Shown in pieces: positions 20,630-30,857 of a DNA stretch of 64,000 nt. Source of the stretch: Acidobacteriota bacterium (lineage in GTDB: Bacteria > Acidobacteriota > B3-B38 > Guanabaribacteriales > JAGGZT01); contig JAGGZT010000009.1 of the NCBI GenBank assembly GCA_021161905.1, positions 11,092 to 75,091 of the forward strand, read 5' to 3'. A model generated the notes under the pieces. The model saw only the letters and a program-made list of their open reading frames with translations. It had not been told where the DNA came from and searched no databases. Position numbers and translations under genes: made by a program. The stretch's first letter is position 1, and each line of letters starts with the position of its first letter.

Positions 20630-22089
20630 TCCTTCATTCTCCGCACAAATATCGGGTTGCTAACGATGGTATGAGGGTAATGGGTAGTTGCCTCAATACG
20701 ATAATACCCCTTTTTCATCCCCGCTGGAGGCACATCGACAAAGCTTATCTCGAGGCTCCCTTTGCCGCTTGCCGTCTTTATAACTTCACCATCTCTTATT
20801 ACCTTTACCGTTATCATCTCATCAGGCTGCGGGGGGATGAGCGACAGGGATATATTGACCCTCACCAAAGAGGAAAAAGAAACGGTGTCCCCAGATATGC
20901 CCCTGCCTTTTTCCCCTTCCAAACTGAAATCATCAAGCACCATCTTATATTCCCTTGTCCTTCTTAAGGCGTACATTCTCCCCCGCTTAAGGGCAGATAT
21001 TACACTCTTCTTGTCAATTGTATCTATCAGAAATACCGTCTGCACATCATCAATTCTTTTACCTCCCTCCCCTTCATAATGATAATCGAGCTCTCCTATA
21101 GTGAAGGGAGGATTCGCTCTTAATCCCATTATATACTCTTTAAGCGCCTTATCCCAATATCCTCCGGGGTTAGCACATTCCTTCATCCCCTCGTAAAGCG
21201 AGGCAAACCCGGTATAGTTCTTGGTCTTAATCAGCATTTCTGGATATTTCCTGGTCCTGAAAAAAGCCAGCCGGTAATCCCTGGTTGCCTCTGCCTCTGG
21301 ATGAGCGATAAAAACCACCCCTCCCTTCCCCGTCACATAGTCTATGAAAAACTGATATGGCTTCATCCCTTGATCCCCATGATATTGATCGAAAGGAGCA
21401 ACCTTAAATGGGAAATTGTTAGCTAAGAAGATAAGGGAAAGGACAATGAGCGATATCCCCCAACCCCGATATCTCTTCACCACCTTAACCTGAACCAATC
21501 TCAACTTTATTATCTTCGTCTTCTTCCTTTTGGTGAGAAATAAGCCGAAGAACAAAAGAACAAGGGGCCAAAAAAGGAGGATGGAACGAAAGGAGTAATG
21601 GTAAAGCCGTGAATTGCCAACCATTGGTAAATTAAGGATATCTTCCTCTTTCTCAAGGCCTATTACCAGAAGGTGCTTGGACCAAGAATTGACTTTAAGT
21701 CTTCCGGGAAGGGGAAGTCCGCTAAAATAGTAAAAGGGCGCTGCCTCTAAGCCGGGGATAACCAACACCTGAGGATGAGTTCTATCTACCCTTCTGATCT
21801 CCGCGAGGTACCGCCCAACCCCCTTGGTGAAGACCGAACTCTCCATCACCTTCTTCTTCACAATATTACGGAGAAGGGGGACACCATACTCAAACTCGGC
21901 TAAAGGGTGATCAGTGATAATTACCACCTTTATTCCTCTTTCCTCGGCGAGTTTAACTATCTTCTCAACGGAATATCTACCCGTGCTATAGGTAGTATGG
22001 ATGTGGATTATCCCTGGCACCTGGTTCACCAGCGCCATTAAAGGGAAACCAACAATACTAAACAAGAAAGAGAGTAAAATCCTTTTCAT
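20626..22089 (-). CDS. PHP-domain metal-dependent phosphoesterase, membrane-associated
   Basis: Signal/TM at the N-terminus, GIIHIHTTYSTGRYS...VVIITDH PHP motifs, and central TM segments (ILLFWPLVLLFFGLFL; ISLIVLSLIFL). Confidence 0.65.
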   Translation of the reverse strand: MKRILLSFLFSIVGFPLMALVNQVPGIIHIHTTYSTGRYSVEKIVKLAEERGIKVVIITDHPLAEFEYGVPLLRNIVKKKVMESSVFTKGVGRYLAEIRRVDRTHPQVLVIPGLEAAPFYYFSGLPLPGRLKVNSWSKHLLVIGLEKEEDILNLPMVGNSRLYHYSFRSILLFWPLVLLFFGLFLTKRKKTKIIKLRLVQVKVVKRYRGWGISLIVLSLIFLANNFPFKVAPFDQYHGDQGMKPYQFFIDYVTGKGGVVFIAHPEAEATRDYRLAFFRTRKYPEMLIKTKNYTGFASLYEGMKECANPGGYWDKALKEYIMGLRANPPFTIGELDYHYEGEGGKRIDDVQTVFLIDTIDKKSVISALKRGRMYALRRTREYKMVLDDFSLEGEKGRGISGDTVSFSSLVRVNISLSLIPPQPDEMITVKVIRDGEVIKTASGKGSLEISFVDVPPAGMKKGYYRIEATTHYPHTIVSNPIFVRRMKE

Positions 22090-23246
22090 TCCCTTCCCCC
22101 TTCTCCGACAAGCTCAAGGTAAACCTTTTCTATCTCTTTAACCATACGAGAGGCGCTGAAAAGACTTGCCCTCTCCCTTCCTTTCCTCCCCAATCTTTCA
22201 CCAAGATCAGGATAACGAAGTAGGCTCAATATCGCCTGTGCTAAAGCATCGGGGTCAGCCGGGGGAACAAGAAAACCGGTCTCCCCCTCCACTACCACCT
22301 CAGGAAGCCCGCCTACTTTAGTGGCTACTACCGGCTTTCCCATCGCCATCGCTTCGACCGCTGCCCTTCCCATTCCCTCGTTTAGCGAAGGGAGAACGAA
22401 TATATCGACGATAGCGAGGTAAGGACGGATATCATCCTTCATCCCGGTAATAGTAAGAGGAAGAGAAGCCCTACGAGCCAACTCCTCAGCCCTCGCGCGG
22501 AGAGGACCATCTCCTACCCAGATAAAGTGGATTTCCGGATACTCCTTCGCTATTCTTTCTCCTGCTATTATTAGATTGAGTGGATCCTTTATTGGGACCA
22601 GTCTTCCCACACTACCTATCACCTTGGCTTTAGCCGGTATATTCAGCTCTTTCTTCACCTTCTTCTGATCGACATCGAACTTAAAAAAACGCTCAAGCTC
22701 AACACCACTTGGAATGACAACGAACCTGCTCTTCTTACCGATCTTCCTCTCCAGATGTTCCTTCACCTCCCTTCCGGTTAAACCGATTATCACATCGGTA
22801 AACCTGGATACAAACCTCTCAAGGAGGATGAAGAGCCAACTGATAATCCTTCCGTAATAGCCGTAAAATATATGACCGTGAGGGGTATGGACGATATACG
22901 GCGTTCCAGCGAAATAGGCGGCAAGACGCCCTAAAAAACCGGCTTTCGAAGAATGGGTATGAACGATATGATATCTCCCCTTCCTAATCCTCCTGAAAAG
23001 GGCGAAGAAGGAAACGATATCTTTCACCGGATTGACCGGGCGAATGAGTGAGGAAAGTTCTTCATATTCTACTTTGTTAACTGCCTGGGAGAGCTTAGGT
23101 GAGGGATTAGTTGTCCTTCCCGCTATCAAGGCTACATCAAACCTCCTCCTATCAAGGCGGGAGACAGTGATCAAGGTATTATCGGCAGAACCACCGCGAT
23201 CGAGCCTAGTAATGATATGAAGGACCCTTATTTTATCATCAGCCAT
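22086..23246 (-). CDS. GT4-family (GT-B) glycosyltransferase
   Basis: RVLHIITRLDRGGS N-terminus. C-terminal PSLNEGMGRAAVEAMAMGKPVVAT (E-x7-E region). Confidence 0.9.
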   Translation of the reverse strand: MADDKIRVLHIITRLDRGGSADNTLITVSRLDRRRFDVALIAGRTTNPSPKLSQAVNKVEYEELSSLIRPVNPVKDIVSFFALFRRIRKGRYHIVHTHSSKAGFLGRLAAYFAGTPYIVHTPHGHIFYGYYGRIISWLFILLERFVSRFTDVIIGLTGREVKEHLERKIGKKSRFVVIPSGVELERFFKFDVDQKKVKKELNIPAKAKVIGSVGRLVPIKDPLNLIIAGERIAKEYPEIHFIWVGDGPLRARAEELARRASLPLTITGMKDDIRPYLAIVDIFVLPSLNEGMGRAAVEAMAMGKPVVATKVGGLPEVVVEGETGFLVPPADPDALAQAILSLLRYPDLGERLGRKGRERASLFSASRMVKEIEKVYLELVGEGGRE

Positions 23247-24387
23247 AGAGCTTCCTCTTCACCTCGGTGAAAACTTTCTCCCCTACCTTTTCCCAACTCG
23301 ATGCTAAGGCTATCCTCCTTCCACCCTCACCCAATTTCCTCGCAAATTCTGGATTTTCAAGCAACCCTATCACCGCTTCTGCTACCTTTCCCACATCTGC
23401 CTCAGGGAGAAGAACCCCATTTACCCCATCGATCACCGCATCTTCAACACCTCCATAACGCGAGGCGATAACCGGTTTACCACAAGCACCTGCCTCGAGG
23501 AAGACCAAACCGAACCCTTCGAAATCCACCTCATTTACCACCTGATTTACCATTAGGAATATGTCGCAGGCATTGTAATAAAGAGGAAGAAGGGCATCAG
23601 ATACCCTTCCCACCAATTTGACTTCAGCTTCTACCCCAAGTTCTTCAATAAGCTTGAGAAGTTTCTTTCTCTCTGGTCCCTCACCCACGATAAGATAGGT
23701 AATATTAGGTATCTTCCGCTTAATAAGAGGGATCGCCCGAATAACGATCTCCTGCCCCTTTCTCGGAATGAGCCTTCCTACGGTTAGAAGTACCTTTTTC
23801 CCATTCAGGTTATACATTTTCTTGACGACATCACTGGCATCCATCGGTTTGAACCGATGGATATCTACCCCGTTGCCAATGACCAAGACCTTTTCCCTTG
23901 GCAAGTTAAGGGAATAAAGAAGTGAAGCGGTATAATTACTTACCGCAAAGGTAAGCTCCCCCCCCGCAAAAACCTTCTTCATCCAATTCCTTACAAAGGG
24001 CTTCCTCTGATATCTGCTTATCTCAAGTCCATGGGCGAATACGAAATAAGGAGGACCATTTCCTCTCATAAGGTAAGCCAAGCTACCCCCATAAAGCCAG
24101 GAGGTAGCGATTATTGCCTCTGGCTTATGGGTATTTATGATCTTTTTCAAGTTCACCCATAAAGGGATTGCTTTGAGATACCGAAGGGCATCCCATCCTG
24201 CCCTCAATATCCTTAGATCATCCTCCCTTTCATCGAACTCCTTATAACCGGAGGCTTTAGTAGCGAGTACCACCGTTTCCGGAAAGCCTTGCTTAATTGC
24301 CTCCTTCGCCAGATAGTAAGAGACCACGCCAATTCCTCCCGGAAGCGGAGGAAATTCAGTGGTGAGTATGAGGAGTCTTCCTCTCAT
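23239..24387 (-). CDS. GT4-family glycosyltransferase
   Basis: LLILTTEFPPLPGGIG. EGFGLVFLEAGACGKPVIAS. Confidence 0.9.
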   Translation of the reverse strand: MRGRLLILTTEFPPLPGGIGVVSYYLAKEAIKQGFPETVVLATKASGYKEFDEREDDLRILRAGWDALRYLKAIPLWVNLKKIINTHKPEAIIATSWLYGGSLAYLMRGNGPPYFVFAHGLEISRYQRKPFVRNWMKKVFAGGELTFAVSNYTASLLYSLNLPREKVLVIGNGVDIHRFKPMDASDVVKKMYNLNGKKVLLTVGRLIPRKGQEIVIRAIPLIKRKIPNITYLIVGEGPERKKLLKLIEELGVEAEVKLVGRVSDALLPLYYNACDIFLMVNQVVNEVDFEGFGLVFLEAGACGKPVIASRYGGVEDAVIDGVNGVLLPEADVGKVAEAVIGLLENPEFARKLGEGGRRIALASSWEKVGEKVFTEVKRKLYG

Positions 24388-25496
24388 CGTACCCTTTCCA
24401 ACACCTCGATAAATAAACTCAATATTCCCTCTGTCATTTTCTTCGTGGTGAACATAGCTGCCCGCCTTCTCCCTTTAACGGAAAGTTCCTTCCGTAAGTT
24501 ACGATCGGCAATAAGCAATTTTATCTTCCCCGTAAGTTCATCAGGATGAGTAGGGGGGAAATAGAAACCAGCATCTCCTACCACTTCAGGAAGAGATGAG
24601 GAGGAGGAAACAATTACTGGAGTACCACAAGCCATCGCCTCAAGCGGAGGATAGCCAAAGCCTTCATATAAAGAAGGGAAAATGAAAATAGAGGCGGCGG
24701 AGTAGAAATAGGAAAGCTCCTCATCAGGAACGAAGTGGAGAAATTTCACCTTTAGCGAAAGGCTATCGGCCATTTTCTTCAGCGGACGGGCACTCTGTTC
24801 ATCGCCTCCCACAAGGAGCAAGGGGTGTTTCTCCCTGATTTTATCCGGGAGCTTGGCATAAGCGGAGAAGAGTAAAGGAAGGTTTTTGTGCGGTTTGAAA
24901 TTACCTACATAGAGGAGGTATCCTTTCTCCAAGCCATATTTTTTTAGGATTGGCTCCGTCTCTTTCTCATTCTTCGGCGCGAAGCTCGAATCTATCCCCG
25001 GATAGATTACTTTAATTTTATCCTCTGGCAGGAGGAAGTGTTCCAATATATCCCTTTTCGAACAATTGGAATCGGTGATCACCGCTTGAACCTTTCGGAG
25101 GATAATACTTGCATACCGCTTAAACAGCGGATTCTTCAAAAAACGCTCCCCGAAGTTCTTTGGAAAATGGAGAAAAAGGAGGTCATGGATGGTTACTACA
25201 GCAGGACAGGGAGGATGAATCGGTGCTTTATAGTAAGGCGAGAAGAAAAGGTCGACCTCATCCTCCTCGAGTGCTCGAGGGAGATGATACTGGTCCCATA
25301 ACGGGGTAAGCCATCCAGGAACGACTTTTAGCCTCGTTCGCGGAAGATTGAACCCTTTGATATCCGAATCGGCATAAAGCCAAAACTCAAAATCAGGAGC
25401 CATTCTCGTTGCTTCAGAAAGAAAAGAGAGGAGATAACGCCCAATGCCGGTGCGTCTCCCGGGAACCAACTCCCTAAAATCTATTCCCACCCTCAA
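24384..25496 (-). CDS. GT4-family glycosyltransferase
   Basis: PSLYEGFGYPPLEAMACGTPVIVS. Confidence 0.9.
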   Translation of the reverse strand: MRVGIDFRELVPGRRTGIGRYLLSFLSEATRMAPDFEFWLYADSDIKGFNLPRTRLKVVPGWLTPLWDQYHLPRALEEDEVDLFFSPYYKAPIHPPCPAVVTIHDLLFLHFPKNFGERFLKNPLFKRYASIILRKVQAVITDSNCSKRDILEHFLLPEDKIKVIYPGIDSSFAPKNEKETEPILKKYGLEKGYLLYVGNFKPHKNLPLLFSAYAKLPDKIREKHPLLLVGGDEQSARPLKKMADSLSLKVKFLHFVPDEELSYFYSAASIFIFPSLYEGFGYPPLEAMACGTPVIVSSSSSLPEVVGDAGFYFPPTHPDELTGKIKLLIADRNLRKELSVKGRRRAAMFTTKKMTEGILSLFIEVLERVR

Positions 25497-26614
25497 CCTT
25501 TGCTCTCCATTATGGTGCGATATAGTTTCTTTATCTCTCTGCTATGGCATTCCGCACTAAACAGTCTCTCTACCTTTTTCCTTCCCCGCTTCCCCATCTC
25601 CAATCTCTTTCTTTCATCCTCAAGCAGGGATAAAACCGCTGAAGCCATCATCTCAATATCACAAGGAGGAACAAGGATACCCTCTTCTCCATCCTCTACA
25701 ATCTCCGGGATCGCCCCTGAACGATAGGCAACAACGGGAAGGGAACCCGCCATCGCCTCAATAACCACCCTACCAAAGGGCTCATCAAGCGAAGTGATAA
25801 CAAAAAGATCGAGACTCCTTACAATTTTCGGTATATCCTTCCGGAAACCAAGGAAGAAAACCTTCTTTCCAATTCCAAGTTCTGAGACGATTTCCTTAAG
25901 TCTTGAGAGATACTCACCACCAGTGATATCCGCTCCCACCACTACAAATCTAACATTGGGGCAATCCCTTATCACCTTGGAAGCGAGAAGGATAAAGTCC
26001 TTAATCCTCTTTTTTGGTTGGAGTTGGGCGATGGTTCCGATCAACAAATCGTCCTCACCAATCTTCAGTTCTTCTCGTAAGGTAGGCTTTGCTCGATCAA
26101 ATGGCAAAAGATCAACCCCGTTGTAAATCACAGTTAGCTTCTTTTCGGACAGCCAGGGGAACCTTCTTTCTGCCACAAACCTTGAAATGGCGATCACTCT
26201 GGTAGAAAGTGAAGCCAAGACCCTATCGATAAACCCATCGGATTCCGCTATCCGCACATGCCATATCACGGGCAACCGAAGAAGTCTTCCCACTATCCCT
26301 CCGTACCACATCGCTCTTGAGGTGTTGGCATGGATTATATCCACCTTCTCCCTTCGGCTGATCCTCCATATTTTAAGTAAACTCTTGAATATAGCAATTA
26401 AGTTGAGGTTTTTTAGGCTAACCAAGGGAAATACTTCAAGTGATACATTAAGTTTTCTCGCCCTCGAAGCTACTTCACTTTCCGAAGAAGGAGCAACGAG
26501 TATAGGACGAAAATCCCCACCCGCGAGATAGGAAAGAAGGGTGAGTAAACTTATCTGCCCTCCCCCCTTAACCCATCCAGTATGGTCGAGAAATAAAACC
26601 GTAATTTTATTCAT
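25493..26614 (-). CDS. GT4-family glycosyltransferase
   Basis: ATG 26614 (MNKITVLFLDHTGWVKGGGQ) is preferred. The longer track start 26809 runs about 200 nt into the upstream GT2 gene. TSLDEPFGRVVIEAMAGSLPVVAY. Confidence 0.88.
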   Translation of the reverse strand: MNKITVLFLDHTGWVKGGGQISLLTLLSYLAGGDFRPILVAPSSESEVASRARKLNVSLEVFPLVSLKNLNLIAIFKSLLKIWRISRREKVDIIHANTSRAMWYGGIVGRLLRLPVIWHVRIAESDGFIDRVLASLSTRVIAISRFVAERRFPWLSEKKLTVIYNGVDLLPFDRAKPTLREELKIGEDDLLIGTIAQLQPKKRIKDFILLASKVIRDCPNVRFVVVGADITGGEYLSRLKEIVSELGIGKKVFFLGFRKDIPKIVRSLDLFVITSLDEPFGRVVIEAMAGSLPVVAYRSGAIPEIVEDGEEGILVPPCDIEMMASAVLSLLEDERKRLEMGKRGRKKVERLFSAECHSREIKKLYRTIMESKG

Positions 26615-27404
26615 CCCCTTTAATCTGCTTTTCCCAGACCTTGGCATAAGCGATAAAGATGGTGAGCCCGGAGGAAAAACTGATGAAGAAACCATAAAAA
26701 CCGTCCCCCACACCCCACTTGACCAAATACTTGTAGAAGAAGAAATAAAGCGGTTTAACAAAGAAAAACAGAGGAATGTTATACCACCGAACCCTAACCC
26801 CCTGATCATATAACTCTTTTGCCATCTCTGTAGTGTACCGGTCCAGCTTACCCAAATATTGAGAAAGAGAGGAGTAAGAGAGATGGATTAAAGCATTTTT
26901 AAGATATCCGCATTTTCCTTTAGGTATCCCATGGGAATGAACGGTCGGGGGGAAATCAACAAAACCTTTTTTAACTAAACGGAGGATATAGCTCGGATAC
27001 CAGCCACATCCCCTTATCCATTTTCCCAAGAAGTGATTCTTTACGGGAATATAGTAGCCTATCTCGTCACGGGTAGGATCGTTCACCAGACCAAGCATCT
27101 CCTCGGCAAGCTCTGGACTTACCCGCTCATCTGCCTCGAGGAGAAGGACCCATTCGTTTCTCGCCTTTTCTATGGAAAACATCCGATCAGGGTTACATAT
27201 CCCCTTAGGTTCAGTAACGAATACCCTATCAGTGAACCTTTTTGCGATCTCAACGGTCTTGTCCTCACTCGACTGATCAACCACGATGATATCGTCCGAC
27301 CAAACTACGCTCTTCAGGCACTCTTCAATATTCCTTTCTTCGTTCCTCACAATAAGGGCTATCGATATCCCCTTTTTGTTCTTATTTTTCATCGTCTTCT
27401 CCAT
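26607..27404 (-). CDS. GT2-family glycosyltransferase
   Basis: ISIALIVRNEERNIEECLKSV...VVDQSSEDKT...LEADE. Confidence 0.9.
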   Translation of the reverse strand: MEKTMKNKNKKGISIALIVRNEERNIEECLKSVVWSDDIIVVDQSSEDKTVEIAKRFTDRVFVTEPKGICNPDRMFSIEKARNEWVLLLEADERVSPELAEEMLGLVNDPTRDEIGYYIPVKNHFLGKWIRGCGWYPSYILRLVKKGFVDFPPTVHSHGIPKGKCGYLKNALIHLSYSSLSQYLGKLDRYTTEMAKELYDQGVRVRWYNIPLFFFVKPLYFFFYKYLVKWGVGDGFYGFFISFSSGLTIFIAYAKVWEKQIKGDE

Positions 27405-28375
27405 AAATCAATAAGATAAGAAATCCTTCCCCATTCAAGTCCAACATCCATCACGAGCTTCACCAAAGGCAACACCAATAGGGGCGATAAACTACCGAGG
27501 TACCTATAACCAAAGCGATACCGATAGATCATCAAAATATAATAAAGCAAACCCGTTGCTGCGATGATAAACCAGAAGGGGAAGGGAAGAAAGGATCCAA
27601 AAGCAAACAGCAGAAGCAACTTAAGAGAAAGCGAACTTCTCACAAACCACCGATAAACCTCTCTTCTTGGGAAAAAACGAGCAAGGTCCATATCGGTTTT
27701 CCCTCTTACAGAAAACCAACGAAATATTTTTCCTAAACTACCTCGAGGAAGATGATATACCTTCGCCTCAGGATTATAGAGCAGAGGATATTTTGAAGAA
27801 ATACGGAAGGAAAGGAGAAAATCTTCCCCAAAATAGCGAAGCCCTCTCTCAAATCCTCCTGCCTCTATAACTTTCTCCTTAAGATAGGCACAGTTACAAG
27901 TGGAAAGATATCTTGTCTTTCGCCAGTTTCCACCTGCTTGGTGATAGTACTTAAGCCCTCCTCCAGGGAAACCGAGTAGATTTTCAGCATAACCTATAGC
28001 CCCCGTGTCTTTGACAAACACTGATCCTCCGACACCAACGGCTTCACCAGCAACGATGGGAGAAACGAGTTCTCTTAGCCAATCCCTTTCCACCTCACAA
28101 TCATCGTCGGTGAAGGCAACTACACCAAACTGGGCGTTCTCTAAAGCGATGTTGCGAGAATAGGCTATTCCCCTACCCTCTTCTGGTATAGGGATATACT
28201 TCACTCCCTTGATAGGTTGAGGGCAACTGGTTTCTTCCACTACTACCACTTCGTACCTATCCCGAGGGTAATCCATCCTAAAGATGGATGAAAGGGCTTT
28301 GTCAAGGAGTTTCCTCCTTCCCTTAGTGCTTATTAGGATAGAGACATAAGGCAATTCGGTATCTCTCATATACAA
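27389..28375 (-). CDS. GT2-family glycosyltransferase with C-terminal TM segments
   Basis: VSILISTKGRRKLLDKALSSI...FTDDDC. Hydrophobic C-terminus. Confidence 0.88.
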   Translation of the reverse strand: MYMRDTELPYVSILISTKGRRKLLDKALSSIFRMDYPRDRYEVVVVEETSCPQPIKGVKYIPIPEEGRGIAYSRNIALENAQFGVVAFTDDDCEVERDWLRELVSPIVAGEAVGVGGSVFVKDTGAIGYAENLLGFPGGGLKYYHQAGGNWRKTRYLSTCNCAYLKEKVIEAGGFERGLRYFGEDFLLSFRISSKYPLLYNPEAKVYHLPRGSLGKIFRWFSVRGKTDMDLARFFPRREVYRWFVRSSLSLKLLLLFAFGSFLPFPFWFIIAATGLLYYILMIYRYRFGYRYLGSLSPLLVLPLVKLVMDVGLEWGRISYLIDLWRRR

Positions 28376-29403
28376 AACACCCCGAGTTTCAAAGAGGAGT
28401 AAATCCGTCCCAAGGTCATCGCGAACGATTTGAGGAAAAGAAGACCAACAATACCCATCTGCTCAACTATATCGGCTCGGAAGACTTCGTCTTTAAGCCT
28501 TTTCCTCACATCAACCAGTAAATACAGAAAATAAGCAGGGATTAAAAGGAAAAACAAATGATAAATCAACCCGGCAACAAGAAGAGACAATAGCTTTTTA
28601 TCAGCCGAGTTAAAATTGAACCATATCCTTGCGGGAAAGCGGAAATTCATTATGGTCTTTCGGGGAAACTCTATTACCGCTGCTTTATCAAAGTGCTTCC
28701 TGAGCATTCCCCCCTGCCTCTTACCGAAAGCGAAACTCTGCCGGATCATACCTAATAAAGTTTCCCTATGGATGTGGTAAACAAGGGGTTTTGGTGAATA
28801 GAGTATCATATATCCCTTCTTATAAATCCGAGCACATAGATCGTGGTCCTCAGGAATAACCGGATTTTCATCGAACGACCCAACCTCATTAAAAACCCCC
28901 TTCCTTATCGCCAGATTGGTTGTAGCGAACCCTCCAAAGACCAGGTTATAGTTCCGCACCTTTATCTCCCGGGTAGGAGTATGCAGGGTAAAAAGGGAGA
29001 GAAACTTCTGAACCGTGTTCCTCGGTCTATATCCTCGTATCATCCCGGCTACTCCAGCAAGGAGGGTTGACTTCTCCCTCAAAAAAATCTGCTCCAACTC
29101 ATAAAGCCAATCCCTATGAGGAACGCAGTCGGAATCGGTAAACACGATGATATCACCTTTAGCAATTGATATGGCTTTATTCCGAGGAGGAGCGAATCCC
29201 CTTTTCTTTTCAGTGGTTATAACGATTTTGAAACCAGGATCGCTTCTTAAAAATTCATGCGCTATCCTCAGGGAGGAATCGGTGGAGCTATTATCGACTA
29301 AGATAAGTTCATCTGGCTTCCGGAATTGATTGGCGATAGCGGTAAGACAAAGGGGAAGGGTCTTTTCGGAATTATAGAATGTGACCACTACCGATAACTT
29401 CAT
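28366..29403 (-). CDS. GT2-family glycosyltransferase with C-terminal TM segments
   Basis: LSVVVTFYNSEKTLPLCL...VDNSSTDSS...FTDSDC. Confidence 0.88.
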   Translation of the reverse strand: MKLSVVVTFYNSEKTLPLCLTAIANQFRKPDELILVDNSSTDSSLRIAHEFLRSDPGFKIVITTEKKRGFAPPRNKAISIAKGDIIVFTDSDCVPHRDWLYELEQIFLREKSTLLAGVAGMIRGYRPRNTVQKFLSLFTLHTPTREIKVRNYNLVFGGFATTNLAIRKGVFNEVGSFDENPVIPEDHDLCARIYKKGYMILYSPKPLVYHIHRETLLGMIRQSFAFGKRQGGMLRKHFDKAAVIEFPRKTIMNFRFPARIWFNFNSADKKLLSLLVAGLIYHLFFLLIPAYFLYLLVDVRKRLKDEVFRADIVEQMGIVGLLFLKSFAMTLGRIYSSLKLGVFCI

Positions 29404-30857
29404 TATCTCCCTCTTGGAACAAAGAAAGACATCAATTCCATCCGCTCCTCTTTAGGAATGGCTCCCGAAACAAGGAGAAAAAATAAATAGAAAAAAGCGG
29501 CTACAGGGATAGAAAGAAAAAGGGAATAACCTCTTAGAAGATATGTAATTAACGACATAAGGAACACTCCTATCCCTCCCCTTACGGAAAATATCTTTCG
29601 GAGAGAAAGCGGGATCTCTCCCCTCACTACCAAGAAAGAGGTTAAGAAAAGGAAGATCTCGGTAAAAAGGGTGGCTACCGCTGCTCCTCTCGCCCCCAAA
29701 GCGGGGATCAATTCCATATTAAGAGCAACATTTATCCCAAGGGCAATACCGCTTATCAACGCTACCTTCTTCTCTTTACCCATTGAATTCAAGGTAGTTA
29801 TAAGAGTGTAGTTCAGCCAGATGAGTGCCACCACTAAAAGAAGGATGGAGAAAACAGGAATGGAGGGAACATATTCCTTCCGATAGAAGAGAAGGAGTAG
29901 CTCCTTTCTCAGGATAATCCCACCAAAGACAATGGGAAGACTTAGAAGGAGAAGATACCTCAAGACCCGGGAAAGGGCGTGGAGCAATTTTCCTTTATCC
30001 TCCTCAGAATATCGAGAAAACCTGGGGAAAAGCGCGGCGGTAAGAGAGGCAGGGAAAAAATTTAAGGCATAAATGAGATTATAGGGGGCGTTGTAATATC
30101 CCACTTCTTTAACCCCCTTTAGCAACTTTAGCATCACACTATCAACCCGAAAATAGACAAAAAGGAATATCCCAGAAAGGGCGAAGGGGATGCCACGACG
30201 AATCAAAAAGCCAAAAAAGGTCCAATCGAATTTAAACATCGGCTTGGTGAGCCTACTCGGACTTATAGATACCCAAGCGAGAAGCCCGACAAGGCTCATC
30301 ATCAGATAAACAGATCCTACTGCGATGAGGCCTCTATTCGTGAGAAGCACGAACATAATCCCTAAAAGCAAAAGAAGCTCTCTTCCTGTATTGATGATGG
30401 CGTTTATCTCCATCCGTTCAAAGGCGGTCGAGATATTTTCGAAGCAATTGGCAAAGGCGTTTGCCACCATCATCCCAGCTATCAAGGCAATAAGGATGAG
30501 TGATGCGCCTGTTTCCTTAAGCAGAAGGGCAATAACGATTATCAAAAAATAGGTTACAAGCGATAACCCTCCTCGCAAAAAGAGACTGGCACCGAGATAC
30601 CGAGCTCCCTCTTCCCTTCTCCGTGCCACTTCCCTGATGGTGAGGGTAGAGATGCCGAGATCAGAAAGAAACACGAACAAAGTAACCAAGGATATGGCAT
30701 AGGCTATTTTTCCATATCCTGAAGGACCAAAATGGTTGGCGATAAGGAGAGAAACAATAAAAGAAATCAGTTTATTTGCTAAGCTACTCCCGCTAAGGAA
30801 TAAAGTGTTTTTTAAAACCTTCCCGTTTGTCTTATTGTTTTTTCCTATTAGAATCAT
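29403..30857 (-). CDS. wzx: Wzx-type (MOP superfamily) polysaccharide/oligosaccharide flippase
   Basis: 484 aa and highly hydrophobic with many predicted TM helices. The N-terminal KNTLFLSGSSLANKLISFIVSLLIA pattern is typical of polysaccharide biosynthesis flippases. Its stop overlaps the next start (TAATG). Confidence 0.85.
   Translation of the reverse strand: MILIGKNNKTNGKVLKNTLFLSGSSLANKLISFIVSLLIANHFGPSGYGKIAYAISLVTLFVFLSDLGISTLTIREVARRREEGARYLGASLFLRGGLSLVTYFLIIVIALLLKETGASLILIALIAGMMVANAFANCFENISTAFERMEINAIINTGRELLLLLGIMFVLLTNRGLIAVGSVYLMMSLVGLLAWVSISPSRLTKPMFKFDWTFFGFLIRRGIPFALSGIFLFVYFRVDSVMLKLLKGVKEVGYYNAPYNLIYALNFFPASLTAALFPRFSRYSEEDKGKLLHALSRVLRYLLLLSLPIVFGGIILRKELLLLFYRKEYVPSIPVFSILLLVVALIWLNYTLITTLNSMGKEKKVALISGIALGINVALNMELIPALGARGAAVATLFTEIFLFLTSFLVVRGEIPLSLRKIFSVRGGIGVFLMSLITYLLRGYSLFLSIPVAAFFYLFFLLVSGAIPKEERMELMSFFVPRGR

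Noticed and set aside
20626-22089. PHP-domain protein as the CpsB-type phosphotyrosine phosphatase partner of the Wzc-like kinase.
   Set aside because: CpsB/YwqE proteins are cytoplasmic and about 250 aa, with a different motif spacing. This one is 487 aa with signal and TM segments. The idea is kept only as a low-confidence remark, not as an annotation.
26615-26809. Long N-terminal extensions suggested by the track for the GT4 gene (to 26809), the DegT gene (to 19360) and thrS (from 48291).
   Set aside because: The extensions overlap the upstream gene, or the predicted promoter in the case of thrS. They have no homology-like motifs. Internal ATG codons with SD-like sequences give canonical N-termini.
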